Source: an uncultured Candidatus Cloacimonadota bacterium (lineage in GTDB: Bacteria; Cloacimonadota; Cloacimonadia; Cloacimonadales; JAJBBL01). From it: a stretch of DNA of 64,000 nt. The DNA is taken from positions 50,685-114,684 of the forward strand of contig CAZBDV010000001.1 of assembly GCA_964490765.1 (NCBI GenBank). Reading direction: 5' to 3'. Position numbers and translations under genes: made by a program. Numbering within the stretch: position 1 is the stretch's first letter; the number at the start of each line of letters is the position of its first letter. Shown in pieces: positions 1 to 10,652 of the stretch. Below the pieces are notes generated by a model, which saw nothing but the letters and a program-made list of their open reading frames with translations, was not told where the DNA came from and searched no databases.

Positions 1-1905
1 TCTGATAGCAGTTCTGATATCATCATGAGTGTATCGCATTTCTCGGTAATCGATCAATTCAATTGCCAGCTGGGAGTAGGAGCTTCTTCGCTCCATTCTA
101 TTCTCTGTACGCATTGAGCCGACAGTTGTTACTAAGGATTTGATGTCAATACTCTCTTCCATATTAAGAATATGATCCTCTACCATAGAGACAATAAAGT
201 TTGTCTCTTCAATATTAGTACCATCAGGTGTCTGAAACTGGAGTGTAATTGTTGTGGCAGGAGGTTGAGGGAAGAACTCAAATTTTACCATTCCCGACAG
301 CATTATCAGAAGAGCAATAAGAAACAGAGCAATAAAAACTAACAAGCTCTTAATCCGGTTTTTTAGTAAAAAGATGAGTATACGACGATACTTTGTGACA
401 AGGTAGTTTAAGATCCTGCTCTTTTTCTTTTCTTCATTTAATGGTTTGGTAAAGATTGAGAGATGGGCAGGCAGAATAAAGAGACTTTGAAATAGAGAAG
501 CGAAAAGAGCAGCAGTTACGACAAGAGGGAAGACTCGCATAAATTGTCCCATAATCCCTTCCATCAATAAAAGAGGGAGAAACGCAGAAGCCGTAGTAGC
601 GGCTGAAGCAATGACTGGGATCATTACTTCTTTGGTTCCGACTATAGCAGAAGTCTTCTGACAATAACCCATCTCAAGTTGTCGGTGCATGTTTTCTATC
701 ACAACAATAGAATTATCAACTATCATACCGAGCACAAGTACTAGTCCGAACAGGGTCATTTGATTCATCGTTATATCACCCAGCATCATCAGGGTAAATG
801 TCAGCAGAAAGCTGAAGGGAATACCCCAGGCTGCCAGGATAGCATTCCGCCAGCCGAGAAAGATAAAGAGTGTCAGAAATACAAGAATTATTCCAATCAG
901 TGCACTATTGCCTAAAGTCAGCAGGCTTGTTTTTACATCTTCTGAACCGTCATTTCTGATTGCGATCTCCAATCCTGGAATTGTGTTTTGAAATTCGTCA
1001 ACATATTGCCGTACATTGTTCATTACAGAGATGATATTTCCATCAGCTTTCTTATAGAGTGACATATTGACACTCTCTCTACCATTCAATTTACTGACAG
1101 TAATTACATTTTCCAGAGTATCTCGGATAGTCGCTACATCCTGCAAGCGGATAAACCGCCCTTCAACATCACTCTGTATGACCAGCCTAGCTATCTCTTC
1201 CAGATCATTGAACTGTCCAACGGTTCGAGTAATATACTCCATTCTTCCAATTCGGACTGTTCCTCCTGGGAAGTTCATATTTCTTAAACGAATGCTTTCG
1301 GATAGATCGTTGATACTGAGGCCGTATTGTTCCAGCCTGACAGCATCCGCCTCAACCCAAATCTCCCTTTCCCGGGTTCCATATACATCAACACGGGCTA
1401 TATACTCAATATTCTGTAGTCCATCTCTTAGTTGTTCAGATATCTCTCGAATAGCATTAGGTGAATAATCTCCGCTGAGAGTGATCTGGCCGATCGGGTT
1501 AATTTCTCGCATGTTTATGCGGTTTATAACCGGATCGAAAGCATCAGAGGGGAGATCGGTAACTTTCCCCAATTCGGCTACCAGATCGTCAAAAGCTTCA
1601 TCGGGATCAACTTTCGGATCAAAGACAATACGAACAGTAGCTCGGCCTTCTTCGGCTCGAGAGCGGATATAATCGATACCATCCAGATTGGCAATCTGAT
1701 TCTCGATCTTTTCTATTATCAGTTGTTCTACTTCTTCAGGAGAGACACCTGGATACATAATAATGATAACCGCGCTGCCGAAATCAACCTGAGGCATCTC
1801 CTCTTTCGGCAACATGATCATTGAATAGATCCCTACCACGAATATAAGAAGAACAATGAGATTAACTAATACCGGGTTCTTTACTGAAATATCTGCTATC
1901 GACAT
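1..1905 (-). CDS. RND efflux transporter permease (AcrB/AcrD/AcrF family), partial; C-terminal part lies beyond the window start
   Basis: Not in the ORF track because there is no stop in the window. Manual translation from the ATG at 1905 gives MSIADISVKNPVLVNLIVLLIFVVGIYSMIMLPKEEMPQVDFGSAVIIIMYPGVSPEEVEQLI..., with TM4 motif VLGMIVDNSIVVIEN. It lies directly downstream of MFP and TolC genes. Confidence 0.92.
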   Translation of the reverse strand, partial: MSIADISVKNPVLVNLIVLLIFVVGIYSMIMLPKEEMPQVDFGSAVIIIMYPGVSPEEVEQLIIEKIENQIANLDGIDYIRSRAEEGRATVRIVFDPKVDPDEAFDDLVAELGKVTDLPSDAFDPVINRINMREINPIGQITLSGDYSPNAIREISEQLRDGLQNIEYIARVDVYGTREREIWVEADAVRLEQYGLSINDLSESIRLRNMNFPGGTVRIGRMEYITRTVGQFNDLEEIARLVIQSDVEGRFIRLQDVATIRDTLENVITVSKLNGRESVNMSLYKKADGNIISVMNNVRQYVDEFQNTIPGLEIAIRNDGSEDVKTSLLTLGNSALIGIILVFLTLFIFLGWRNAILAAWGIPFSFLLTFTLMMLGDITMNQMTLFGLVLVLGMIVDNSIVVIENMHRQLEMGYCQKTSAIVGTKEVMIPVIASAATTASAFLPLLLMEGIMGQFMRVFPLVVTAALFASLFQSLFILPAHLSIFTKPLNEEKKKSRILNYLVTKYRRILIFLLKNRIKSLLVFIALFLIALLIMLSGMVKFEFFPQPPATTITLQFQTPDGTNIEETNFIVSMVEDHILNMEESIDIKSLVTTVGSMRTENRMERRSSYSQLAIELIDYREMRYTHDDIRTAIR

Positions 1906-1917
1906 CTATTTTGATCC

Positions 1918-3042
1918 TCAAGATCTGATATTCACTCTGGAACCTTCTTCCAGTGAATCAATCCCTTCCACTACTAGCCGGTCTCCAACATTCAAACCCG
2001 AAATTATTATAGTGAATTCATTAATAACTCTTCCTCTGGTTACCTTCCTTCTCCTGGCCAGGTTATCTTCATCAATTATATAGACAAAATGTTCATCGTA
2101 TCGAGAACGTATGTTGCTGGTATCTGTATAAATAACAGATTCATTGATATTAACCTTGATATTGGCGGATACTACCATGCCTGGAATGAGTTTCCCCTCG
2201 TCATTATTCATTATTATTTCAACCGGATAACTTGCTGAATTAGATGAAGGTTTCATACCGAGGCCTCTGACTGACGCAGAGAATTCTTCGCCCTGATACT
2301 CAATAAAAGCTGCCTGGTCTTTTCTGACTGCCTGAATATTATGTTCACTGACACTACCTTTCATCAGAAGTTTTCTATAATCGACAATCCCAGCTATCAG
2401 GGTATTAGGGAAAATGGTCTCTCCGACCTTCAGGTTTAGTGATGTTATATAACCGGATATCGGGGCACGAAGTCTGGAATCATTGTAAGTCTTTTGTGCT
2501 GATTCCAGGGCTGCAGCAGCACCATCTCTCTGTGCAATAGCTGATTGGTGGGCGAAAAGAGCCTGTTGATATTCAGCCTGAGAAACAGAACCAGATTCAT
2601 AAAGACGGTTTGTTGTCCGATAACTCATAGCAGCTGACTCCAGTTGAGCATTAGCAGATGCCAGAGCTGCCCGAGCTTGTTCCAATCTTATTCTATATAC
2701 TTCATTATCCAAAGTTCCGAGTTCTTCTCCCTCTTCTATCCAGTCTCCCAGTATCTTATTCAAAGTTAAAATACGCCCTGTAGTTTCACTGACCATATTT
2801 ACATCTCTAATACCTTCCAGTTTGCCGGTTATCCTGATAAACTCTGCCAGGTCACGTAATTCAACCTCTTCCACTATCACCGGAACTGCAACATCTTCCC
2901 TGGTGGGGCGTTCTGCTGGTGATCTTCTGTTACAACCGACTGCTAAAAACAACAACCACACAATCAATAGTAGAGCTATTGGTAAATTCAGACGGTTAAA
3001 ACTCCTTCGCACTAAATCAGTAACTCGTTTATACTTCTTCAT
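1918..3042 (-). CDS. RND efflux periplasmic adaptor (membrane fusion protein)
   Basis: Lipoprotein-like signal (LAVGC), lipoyl/barrel-sandwich motifs, coiled coil and LRAPISGYI; sits between tolC-like and acrB-like genes. Confidence 0.92.
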   Translation of the reverse strand: MKKYKRVTDLVRRSFNRLNLPIALLLIVWLLFLAVGCNRRSPAERPTREDVAVPVIVEEVELRDLAEFIRITGKLEGIRDVNMVSETTGRILTLNKILGDWIEEGEELGTLDNEVYRIRLEQARAALASANAQLESAAMSYRTTNRLYESGSVSQAEYQQALFAHQSAIAQRDGAAAALESAQKTYNDSRLRAPISGYITSLNLKVGETIFPNTLIAGIVDYRKLLMKGSVSEHNIQAVRKDQAAFIEYQGEEFSASVRGLGMKPSSNSASYPVEIIMNNDEGKLIPGMVVSANIKVNINESVIYTDTSNIRSRYDEHFVYIIDEDNLARRRKVTRGRVINEFTIIISGLNVGDRLVVEGIDSLEEGSRVNIRS

Positions 3043-3127
3043 TTTCTATCCTTATCTCTTAACTGGATTCTCATACTCATAAAATTGCCATCACATTACC
3101 GTGTCTGAAACATTAGGACTGCCCAAT

Positions 3128-4453
3128 TTAATTCTCGATTAATGTCCACCAGAAAAAGTCGTCATCGTCAATATTGAGCAGATGCATCAGAGCAGATCGG
3201 TTTTTTAAAAAATCGTATTTGCTGGTGGTTGCATTGAGGCTACTACCAGTCAGAAGAAGTTCAACACTGATCAAATCCAGAGAAGATATCAGACCATTTT
3301 GAAAGCGTTCTTCCATCATTCTGTAAGTCTCTTCTGCATACTCAAAAGCCAGTTCTGCAGAAGTAATAGTCCTGGCAGAGGAAATTCCGGAATAGAATGC
3401 CGCTTCGATTGCTACTCTTATATTATCTTCAGCAGATTCAACCTCCCGTTCTGTTTGACGATTAGAGTAATGTCTACTACGATAGGAACTGTAGTTGTCA
3501 AATATGGGAAACATCGGCAGGGAGACTGAAATCATGTAGGTCGTTGTTGCATCGAATTCCCTCTCTCCACTGTAATTGTTATTCCAGTTGCGTGATGCAG
3601 ACAGATTGATAGCAGGTAAAAAGTTACCGATTGATATCTTTAGGGCTTTCTCGCTGATTTTTTCACGTGTTCTGTTCATGATCAAAAGAGGATTGTTTTC
3701 CATGCCGTAAACTATTAGTCTTTCCCTCAATTCTTCTTGTTCTGCTTCCTGAACATTTTGGTAGAACTCTATTAATCTGTCATAAAGGGTGAAATCAATC
3801 GGTTGAATTTCAAAATCACCTATTTTTAGCATATTCTGGAGCAGACGGGAACTGAGTTGTCTGTTTTTCTCTGCCTGTAATAGATCAACCTCCCTGGTAG
3901 ACAGTTCTGCCTGGAACTGTAAATAATCGGCCCGGGAAAGAGTTCCAGTCTCCATTCTGGTTCCGGCAATTTCCAGATTCTGCTGAGCTATATCCAGGGC
4001 CCGAAGATTGATCTCGTACAATTCGTCTGTGAGTAGGTAATTATAATAAGCTTCTTCCAGTTCACTCAGCAGATTGAGCTTTGTATTTTCAAGATCTGCT
4101 TGGGCAATTTTTACAGCATCACGGCTCATCTTGTAAGAGAGCCATAATTTACCTCCCATAAAGAGTGGTTGATTTGCACTGAAGCCATAAGAAAGAGAGT
4201 AATTTTCTGCTGCAGTGGTAAAAGGTTTGGGATCCAGATGATTATATCCAGCCTGCAGGTTGAGAGAGGGAAACATTGCACTGAGCGCCGCTCTCATTTC
4301 CCATTCAGCAGCTTTCAGTGCAGATGCTTTAGCTAAATATTGAGGATTATTCTCAATAAGTATTTCTTTTGCTTTCTCGAGCGAGATAACCTGCTCAGCA
4401 AAAAGAGTGGATACTACTATGAGTATGATTATTACTATCAGCAACTTCGACAT
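3128..4453 (-). CDS. TolC-family outer membrane efflux protein
   Basis: Signal peptide MSKLLIVIIILIVVSTLFA after SD GAGGAG, so the start is probably 4453 rather than 4540. OEP repeats FPSLNL..., QPLFMGG and FLPAINLS. Confidence 0.9.
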   Translation of the reverse strand: MSKLLIVIIILIVVSTLFAEQVISLEKAKEILIENNPQYLAKASALKAAEWEMRAALSAMFPSLNLQAGYNHLDPKPFTTAAENYSLSYGFSANQPLFMGGKLWLSYKMSRDAVKIAQADLENTKLNLLSELEEAYYNYLLTDELYEINLRALDIAQQNLEIAGTRMETGTLSRADYLQFQAELSTREVDLLQAEKNRQLSSRLLQNMLKIGDFEIQPIDFTLYDRLIEFYQNVQEAEQEELRERLIVYGMENNPLLIMNRTREKISEKALKISIGNFLPAINLSASRNWNNNYSGEREFDATTTYMISVSLPMFPIFDNYSSYRSRHYSNRQTEREVESAEDNIRVAIEAAFYSGISSARTITSAELAFEYAEETYRMMEERFQNGLISSLDLISVELLLTGSSLNATTSKYDFLKNRSALMHLLNIDDDDFFWWTLIEN

Positions 4454-4469
4454 TAATTCTCCTCTGAAG

Positions 4470-4497
4470 AAGATAATTGTCTTGAGCCTGATGTCAA
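4470..4497 (-). promoter_or_regulatory. sigma70-type promoter of tolC-MFP-RND operon 1
   Basis: Minus strand TTGACA-16 nt-TATCTT upstream of the SD. Confidence 0.5.
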
Positions 4498-4531
4498 ATT
4501 GTAATTTTACCAGTGTGAGTTTAAATCGAGC

Positions 4532-4560
4532 TTGACACAAAACATTTTTCTCAAAACCCT
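4532..4560 (+). promoter_or_regulatory. sigma70-type promoter of the nudix-valS operon
   Basis: TTGACA at 4532-4537 with a weak -10 (AACCCT at 17 nt spacing). The ATG at 4568 falls near the predicted +1. Confidence 0.4.
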
Positions 4561-4567
4561 TACCATC

Positions 4568-5095
4568 ATGAAAATAAGAGAAAAGAGCTATGAAGGAGTA
4601 AATTTCTGTCTGCGCTGTGGCAACAAATTAGATTTTGTCCGGGACGTAGAGGGTAAGCTCCGCAAAAAGTGTGCTAACTGTGGCTGGACATTCTATAAGA
4701 ACCCTGTTCCGGCAGTAGCCTGTGTTATCTTGAGTAATAAGAGAGAAATTGTCATTATCAAGCGTCTCGTTGAACCGCAAATAGGGAAATGGGCTTTACC
4801 GAGTGGATATATTGAGATAAATCAGAGTCCGGAACAGGCAGCAGTGGTGGAAATGAAGGAAGAAACCGGATTAGATGGAGAAGTTGAACGATTTATCGGC
4901 TACTATGATGGTACCTCTCCTATATATGAGAAAGTACTCTCTCTCGGTTTTTTGATGAGAGTGAAAGGGGGTAAACTTGAAGCTGGTGATGATGCTGGAG
5001 AGGCAGAGTACGTTTCTCTGCAGGAACTACCGAGATTAGCCTTTCTGGCTCATGAGTATTTTATCGATGTTATTAAAGAGGAAGGAGTAATTTAA
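4568..5095 (+). CDS. NUDIX hydrolase with N-terminal zinc ribbon
   Basis: FCLRCG...CANCG zinc ribbon, YKNPVPAV, and Nudix-like box GYIEINQSPEQAAVVEMKEETGL. The TTG start at 4532 coincides with the -35 element, so ATG 4568 is preferred. Confidence 0.88.
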   Translation: MKIREKSYEGVNFCLRCGNKLDFVRDVEGKLRKKCANCGWTFYKNPVPAVACVILSNKREIVIIKRLVEPQIGKWALPSGYIEINQSPEQAAVVEMKEETGLDGEVERFIGYYDGTSPIYEKVLSLGFLMRVKGGKLEAGDDAGEAEYVSLQELPRLAFLAHEYFIDVIKEEGVI

Positions 5096-5099
5096 AGAG

Positions 5100-7757
5100 A
5101 TGGGAATGGATATCAGCAAGACTTACAACCCGCAGAATATAGAAAAGAAATGGTACAACTACTGGTTAGAAGAGGGGTTTTTCACTCCGAAAATTGAAAA
5201 AGAGGAACAACCCTATACCATATTGATGCCACCTCCCAATGTAACAGGAATTTTACATATTGGTCATGTTCTAAACATAACCTTGCAGGATATTGCTACC
5301 AGATATAAGAGAATGACTGGTTTGCCTACCCTCTGGTTACCCGGAATCGACCACGCTGGCATTGCTACTCAGAATATGGTTGAGAAAGATCTACACAAGA
5401 AGGGATTGGACCGACACAAGGTAGGGCGCGAACGTCTTATTGAGTTGTTATGGGATTGGAAAAATCAGAAAGGAAGGACCATATTAGAACAGTTGAAGAA
5501 GTTAGGAGCTTCTTGCGACTGGAGCAGAGAGCGATTCACTATGGATGAGATGCTCTCCAGAGCAGTAAAAGAGGTTTTTATTCGACTCTATGAAAAGGGC
5601 TTGATCTATAAAGGGGAGTATATCATTAACTGGTGTCCACGTTGTATTAGTGCTCTCTCCAATGATGAAGTGGAACACGAAAATGTGCAGGGTTCACTCT
5701 GGCATATCAGATACCCTCTAACCGATGAGAACGGTTATATTACTGTTGCTACTACCAGGCCTGAAACTATGTTAGGTGATACAGCTATAGCGATCAATCC
5801 AAAAGATGAGAGATATCAACATCTGGTCGGTAAAACAGTAACCTTACCTTTTGTAAACAGGAAGATACCCATTATAACAGATGATTATGTCGATAAAGAG
5901 TTCGGCAGTGGGTTTGTAAAAATTACACCAGCACACGACCCGAACGACTTCGAAATTGGCAGACGACATGATCTTCCTCTTGTAGTCGTTATGGATGAGA
6001 AAGGTGTTATGAATGAGAATGCTGGTGATGAATTTGCCGGTATGGATAGATTTAGTTGTCGTGAAAAGCTGGTAAAACTGCTTCAGGAGAAAGATCTTAT
6101 TGAAAAGATCGTTCCTCACGAGCTTGCTATCGGAAAGTGTTATCGCTGTGATTCGATTATTGAACCTTATGTTTCTGAACAGTGGTTCGTCAAGATGAAA
6201 CCTCTAGCAAAGAGGGCCATTGATGCTGTAGAAAGTGGAGATATCCAGCTAGAACCAGAGCGCTGGGTAAAAGTATTCATGCACTGGATGAATAATATTC
6301 GTGACTGGTGTATTTCCCGTCAGATCTGGTGGGGCCATCGAATTCCAGCCTTTTATTGTGAAACCTGTAATGAGATGGTAGTAGCAATGGAACCACCTCA
6401 AAAGTGTCTCCAGTGTGGGGGAGAGATATTCAGACAGGATGAAGATGTACTCGACACCTGGTTTTCCTCATGGCTCTGGCCCTTTTCAACTATGGGCTGG
6501 CCTGATGAGACCGAGGATCTGAAATACTTTTTGCCTACGGATCTGCTGATTACAGCACCAGAGATAATCTATCTCTGGGTTGCAAGAATGATCATGTCAA
6601 CTATGGAGTTCTGTGACAGGATACCATTCAGAACAGTGCTTCTACACGGTACGGTTCGGGATGAGCTGGGACGAAAGATGAGTAAATCACTCGGTAACTC
6701 ACCTGATCCTCTTGATCTGATTGAACAGGTAGGTGCTGATGCCTTGCGGTTCAGCATGGTTTTCAACTCACCCAAAGGAGCAGATATATATTATTCTGAG
6801 ACCGTTCTGGAGAATGGCCGAAACTTCTGTAATAAAATCTGGAATGCCTACCGCTACATTGTAAGCAATATTGTCAATATCGAAGGATTACCAGATAGCA
6901 AGGAACTGAAAATGGAACTTGCTGACAGGTGGATATTAAGTAGGCTGAATGTCGTAATAAACCGGGTAAAAGAGTATTATGAGAATCTTAGATTCAACGA
7001 TGCTGCGCAGTTGCTACAGGATTTCATTTGGAAAGAGTTCTGCTCCTGGTATCTGGAGTTAAGTAAAGAGAGGATGTATAACAACGAAGATCTCGTTAGT
7101 CAAAAGACTGTAAAATATATACTTTTAGATGTACTGCAACAGTCTATGCGTCTTCTTCACCCTCTGATGCCATTCATTACGGAAGAAGTCTGGCATAACC
7201 TGAAAGAGTATTTTCTAATACAGGAGAAAGCCCTTATAGTAGCTCGATTTCCTGAAGCGAATAAAAAATTGATCGATAACAAAATAGATGAGGAAATGAC
7301 CCTTATTCAGGAGAGTATAATAGCGATCAGAAACCTCCGTAAGCAGGTCAATATCCCGCCCGGAAAAGAGGTAGATGTTATCATTCGTGCTGTTAACAGA
7401 GAGCAGTCAGCAATACTGGAGAATTATGAGAATTATTTCCGGAAACTGGCACGAGTATCTAATCTGCAGGCAGGAATAGACTGTGATAAGCCTCAACAAT
7501 CAATTGCTGCTGTGGTTAACGGGATGGAGATCTTTCTCCCTCTTAGTGGTATTATAGATATCGATCAGGAGAGAGAACGTCTCAAAAAACATCTCCACAA
7601 AGCAGAGATTGAATTGGCCAAAACAAGGAAGAAACTCGCTAACGATAGCTTCCTGAATAATGCCAGAGAGGATGTAGTAGAAAAAGAGCGAGCTAAAGAG
7701 CAGGAATACCTGCAGTTGACAGAAAAAACCAAAGGTCTCTTGCAAGACCTGATCTGA
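5100..7757 (+). CDS. valS: valine--tRNA ligase
   Basis: PPPNVTGILHIGH, ATTRPETMLGD, DWCISRQIWWGHRIP, KMSKS and a C-terminal coiled coil. Confidence 0.98.
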   Translation: MGMDISKTYNPQNIEKKWYNYWLEEGFFTPKIEKEEQPYTILMPPPNVTGILHIGHVLNITLQDIATRYKRMTGLPTLWLPGIDHAGIATQNMVEKDLHKKGLDRHKVGRERLIELLWDWKNQKGRTILEQLKKLGASCDWSRERFTMDEMLSRAVKEVFIRLYEKGLIYKGEYIINWCPRCISALSNDEVEHENVQGSLWHIRYPLTDENGYITVATTRPETMLGDTAIAINPKDERYQHLVGKTVTLPFVNRKIPIITDDYVDKEFGSGFVKITPAHDPNDFEIGRRHDLPLVVVMDEKGVMNENAGDEFAGMDRFSCREKLVKLLQEKDLIEKIVPHELAIGKCYRCDSIIEPYVSEQWFVKMKPLAKRAIDAVESGDIQLEPERWVKVFMHWMNNIRDWCISRQIWWGHRIPAFYCETCNEMVVAMEPPQKCLQCGGEIFRQDEDVLDTWFSSWLWPFSTMGWPDETEDLKYFLPTDLLITAPEIIYLWVARMIMSTMEFCDRIPFRTVLLHGTVRDELGRKMSKSLGNSPDPLDLIEQVGADALRFSMVFNSPKGADIYYSETVLENGRNFCNKIWNAYRYIVSNIVNIEGLPDSKELKMELADRWILSRLNVVINRVKEYYENLRFNDAAQLLQDFIWKEFCSWYLELSKERMYNNEDLVSQKTVKYILLDVLQQSMRLLHPLMPFITEEVWHNLKEYFLIQEKALIVARFPEANKKLIDNKIDEEMTLIQESIIAIRNLRKQVNIPPGKEVDVIIRAVNREQSAILENYENYFRKLARVSNLQAGIDCDKPQQSIAAVVNGMEIFLPLSGIIDIDQERERLKKHLHKAEIELAKTRKKLANDSFLNNAREDVVEKERAKEQEYLQLTEKTKGLLQDLI

Positions 7758-7776
7758 CCTTATTAAGGAGGTTTCT

Positions 7777-8355
7777 ATGAGTCCAAGAAAAAAGAAAGAA
7801 CCGATAGTTGATGTAGAGGCTATAAAAGAAGAGATTGTAGAAGATGCTGTACAGGAAGTTATCGAAGAAGATTTACAGAAGGTAAAGGAGGAGATTATTC
7901 ACGATCCCGGGACAAAAAGGCTTCTGTTTTATGAAAAATTGAGAGAAAAATTTGCTGGGAAGATAACTGAAGAGAAGAAACTCAAAAAGGTAAGTGATTA
8001 TCTCTTTCTGCTTCCTGACTTCTTTATCTTGCTCTGTCGGCTTCTGATGGAAGATAGAGTGACCAATCAGACAAAAGCTTTTATCTTAGGAGTGATTGCC
8101 TATGTTATGCTCCCAATAGATATAATACCAGATTTCATTCCAGTTATTGGTTTTGTAGATGATCTGATTCTTGTTGTATTCGCTCTCGACCAGATCATGA
8201 AACAGACCGATGAGGAGATTATCCTTGCTAACTGGAGTGGCAGAAGTGATTTTATCCTGACAGTAAGAAATGTGATAGATATTGCTAACAAAGCGGTCAG
8301 CCACCGGATACTGATAAAGATCAAAGGTATTCTTCGGAAATTTAGAGTAGCGTGA
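7777..8355 (+). CDS. DUF1232/YkvA-family membrane protein
   Basis: Signature YVMLPIDIIPDFIPVIGFVDD; SD AAGGAGG. Confidence 0.88.
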   Translation: MSPRKKKEPIVDVEAIKEEIVEDAVQEVIEEDLQKVKEEIIHDPGTKRLLFYEKLREKFAGKITEEKKLKKVSDYLFLLPDFFILLCRLLMEDRVTNQTKAFILGVIAYVMLPIDIIPDFIPVIGFVDDLILVVFALDQIMKQTDEEIILANWSGRSDFILTVRNVIDIANKAVSHRILIKIKGILRKFRVA

Positions 8356-8951
8356 TGAAGGTTTTCATATCATCAAGAAACAGTGATAAGATCAGAGAGA
8401 TCAAAGCACTGATTGAACATCTTAATATCAAAGTTGTCACTCCATACGATTATGATGATTTACCGGAGGTGGAAGAAGATAGAGATTCACTTTTAGGCAA
8501 TGCCCTGAAAAAAGCCCGTATTCTGGCTGATGTGGTTGGATTACCAACGATTGCTGACGATACAGGCATCTTTATCGATTCACTTTACGGTGAACCGGGA
8601 ATCTATTCTTCCCGATATGCAGGTGTAAGTTGTTCCTATTCCGAGAATCGGGATAAGGTGCTATCATCTATGAAGGGCAAAGCTAACAGGAGTGCCAGAT
8701 TCATTACCGTTGCAGTTTTTTATGTAACAGGGTTGGAACCACTGGTAGCAGAAGGAATAGTAGAGGGGGAGATAACTGAAACTGAACGTGGTGATAAAGG
8801 TTTTGGTTATGATTCCATTTTTCAGGTAAAGGGTAAGAAGAAAACCTACGCCGAGATGGATGATGAGGAAAAGAATATTTTCAGTCATCGTGGTATAGCT
8901 TTACGAAAATTGGTTGATAAGATAAATGCAACTTTCAAGGCAGAGAGATGA
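8355..8951 (+). CDS. rdgB: non-canonical purine NTP pyrophosphatase (RdgB/HAM1)
   Basis: SRNSDKIRE, NALKKA, ADDTG, PGIYSSRYAG, GFGYDSIF and SHRG. Confidence 0.95.
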   Translation: MKVFISSRNSDKIREIKALIEHLNIKVVTPYDYDDLPEVEEDRDSLLGNALKKARILADVVGLPTIADDTGIFIDSLYGEPGIYSSRYAGVSCSYSENRDKVLSSMKGKANRSARFITVAVFYVTGLEPLVAEGIVEGEITETERGDKGFGYDSIFQVKGKKKTYAEMDDEEKNIFSHRGIALRKLVDKINATFKAER

Positions 8952-9012
8952 TCTCTGCAAAGTCAGTGATTTAGCATATTACACAGATTATCATACAGAT
9001 TGAGGAGGAAGG

Positions 9013-10380
9013 ATGATTAACAGGCAGATATTTCGGCAATATGATGTCAGAGGTATTGTAGATAAAGATTTGACGGATGATACAGTCTATCTCTTGGGTA
9101 GAGGCTTTGGCACCTATCTGAGGAGAAGAAATCTCAAATCAGTTGCTATTGGTGGTGATGCTCGTATGAGTACTCCCCGGTTTAAAAAATTGTTCACTAA
9201 CGGTTTGAAGGATTCTGGATGTGAAGTACTTGATGTGGCAATTTTAGCTACCCCGGTTCTCTATTTTGCAATACATCATTTGAAAACCGATGCCGGAGTC
9301 ATGATAACAGGTAGTCATAACCCTCCAGAATATAATGGTTTTAAAATGAATATCGGGCTTGCTTCCATCTATGGTGATGATATCCTGGAAATCTATGACA
9401 TTATAAAGTCAAATTCTTTTATAGAGGGTATTGGCTCACAGAGAAGTGTTCCGGGAATGGTTCAGATCTATCAGGACTATTTGGTTGATAACATCAAAAT
9501 TTCCCGCCCAGTAAAAGTGATTGTCGATGCTGGAAATGGTGCCGGTGGTCCCATATTACCGGATATTTTACGAAGAATCGGTTGTGATGTAGTCGAGCTC
9601 TATTGCGAGATGGATGGTTCTTTCCCCAATCATCACCCTGACCCTACAGTATTAGAATATATGCAAGACCTTATCAGATCAGTAAAAAAGACAAATGCAG
9701 AAGTCGGAATAGGACTGGATGGTGATGCCGATAGAATTGGTATAATTGATGAAAAGGGGGAGATGCTTTTCGGTGATCAGGTTTTGAATATCTTTGCCAG
9801 GGAGTTTCTGAAAGAATATCCTGGTGAAAAGGTCGTAGCTGATGTTAAATGCTCAAAAAATCTTTTCGATGATATTAAAAAACAGGGTGGAGTACCGGTC
9901 ATGTATAAAACCGGTCACTCTCTGCTGAAAAAGATTATGCGAGAAGATAATATCAAGATGGGTGGTGAAATGAGTGGGCACATTTTCTTTTATGATCGCT
10001 ATCTGGGATTTGACGATGCCATCTATGCCGCCTGTCGATTCGTCGAAATTATAGCCAAATCGGATAAGAAAGTTAGTGAGATGCTTGCAGATCAGCCTAA
10101 GATGTATAATACCCCGGAATTGAAATATGAATGCACAGAGGATAATAAGTTCAAGATCGTAGAAAGAGTACGAGAACATTTCCAGAAAGAGGGACATGAT
10201 GTAAATGATATTGATGGTATGAGATTAACTTTTCCTGATGGTTGGGCACTGGCAAGAGCTTCTAACACACAACCGGTAATAACCCTACGTTTCGAAGCAG
10301 AAACAGAAGAGAGGTTACGGGAAATAAGAAATATGGTCGAAGGGGAGATTGAGAGAATCAAAGCAGAGATTGACTCTTAA
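9013..10380 (+). CDS. phosphomannomutase/phosphoglucomutase
   Basis: FRQYDVRG, ITGSHNP phosphoserine loop, DGDADR metal loop, GEMSGH and RASNTQP. Confidence 0.95.
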   Translation: MINRQIFRQYDVRGIVDKDLTDDTVYLLGRGFGTYLRRRNLKSVAIGGDARMSTPRFKKLFTNGLKDSGCEVLDVAILATPVLYFAIHHLKTDAGVMITGSHNPPEYNGFKMNIGLASIYGDDILEIYDIIKSNSFIEGIGSQRSVPGMVQIYQDYLVDNIKISRPVKVIVDAGNGAGGPILPDILRRIGCDVVELYCEMDGSFPNHHPDPTVLEYMQDLIRSVKKTNAEVGIGLDGDADRIGIIDEKGEMLFGDQVLNIFAREFLKEYPGEKVVADVKCSKNLFDDIKKQGGVPVMYKTGHSLLKKIMREDNIKMGGEMSGHIFFYDRYLGFDDAIYAACRFVEIIAKSDKKVSEMLADQPKMYNTPELKYECTEDNKFKIVERVREHFQKEGHDVNDIDGMRLTFPDGWALARASNTQPVITLRFEAETEERLREIRNMVEGEIERIKAEIDS

Positions 10381-10418
10381 CTACCGAACCAGGCATCTAA
10401 ATATAAACCGATTTAATC

Positions 10419-10449
10419 GAGGGCAGCATTTAAGTCTGTCCTCATTTTT
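10419..10449 (+). terminator. intrinsic terminator after PMM/PGM
   Basis: GAGGGCAG...CTGTCCTC stem followed by ATTTTT. Confidence 0.7.
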
Positions 10450-10652
10450 ATTGCCAACAATCTGGTATTTCTGTCTGCAGTAAGCTCAATATTGTGTTAT
10501 GTAGATCAACCCAGAAAAGAAAAACATCTATCGTTTTCTCGGTTTCTTAGTAGTTGAATCCCTGCTTTTCTCGGCTAACAAATTAAGTAATTCGAGATGA
10601 GTTAGAATGATGATTGAGTCATTACTAACCGCGATTTCTTAAAGAAAAACAA

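Noticed and set aside
434-2083. ORF-track entries 434-664, 1067-1468, 1481-1672 and 1856-2083
   Set aside because: Off-frame or antisense shadows of the partial RND permease (1-1905) and the MFP gene.
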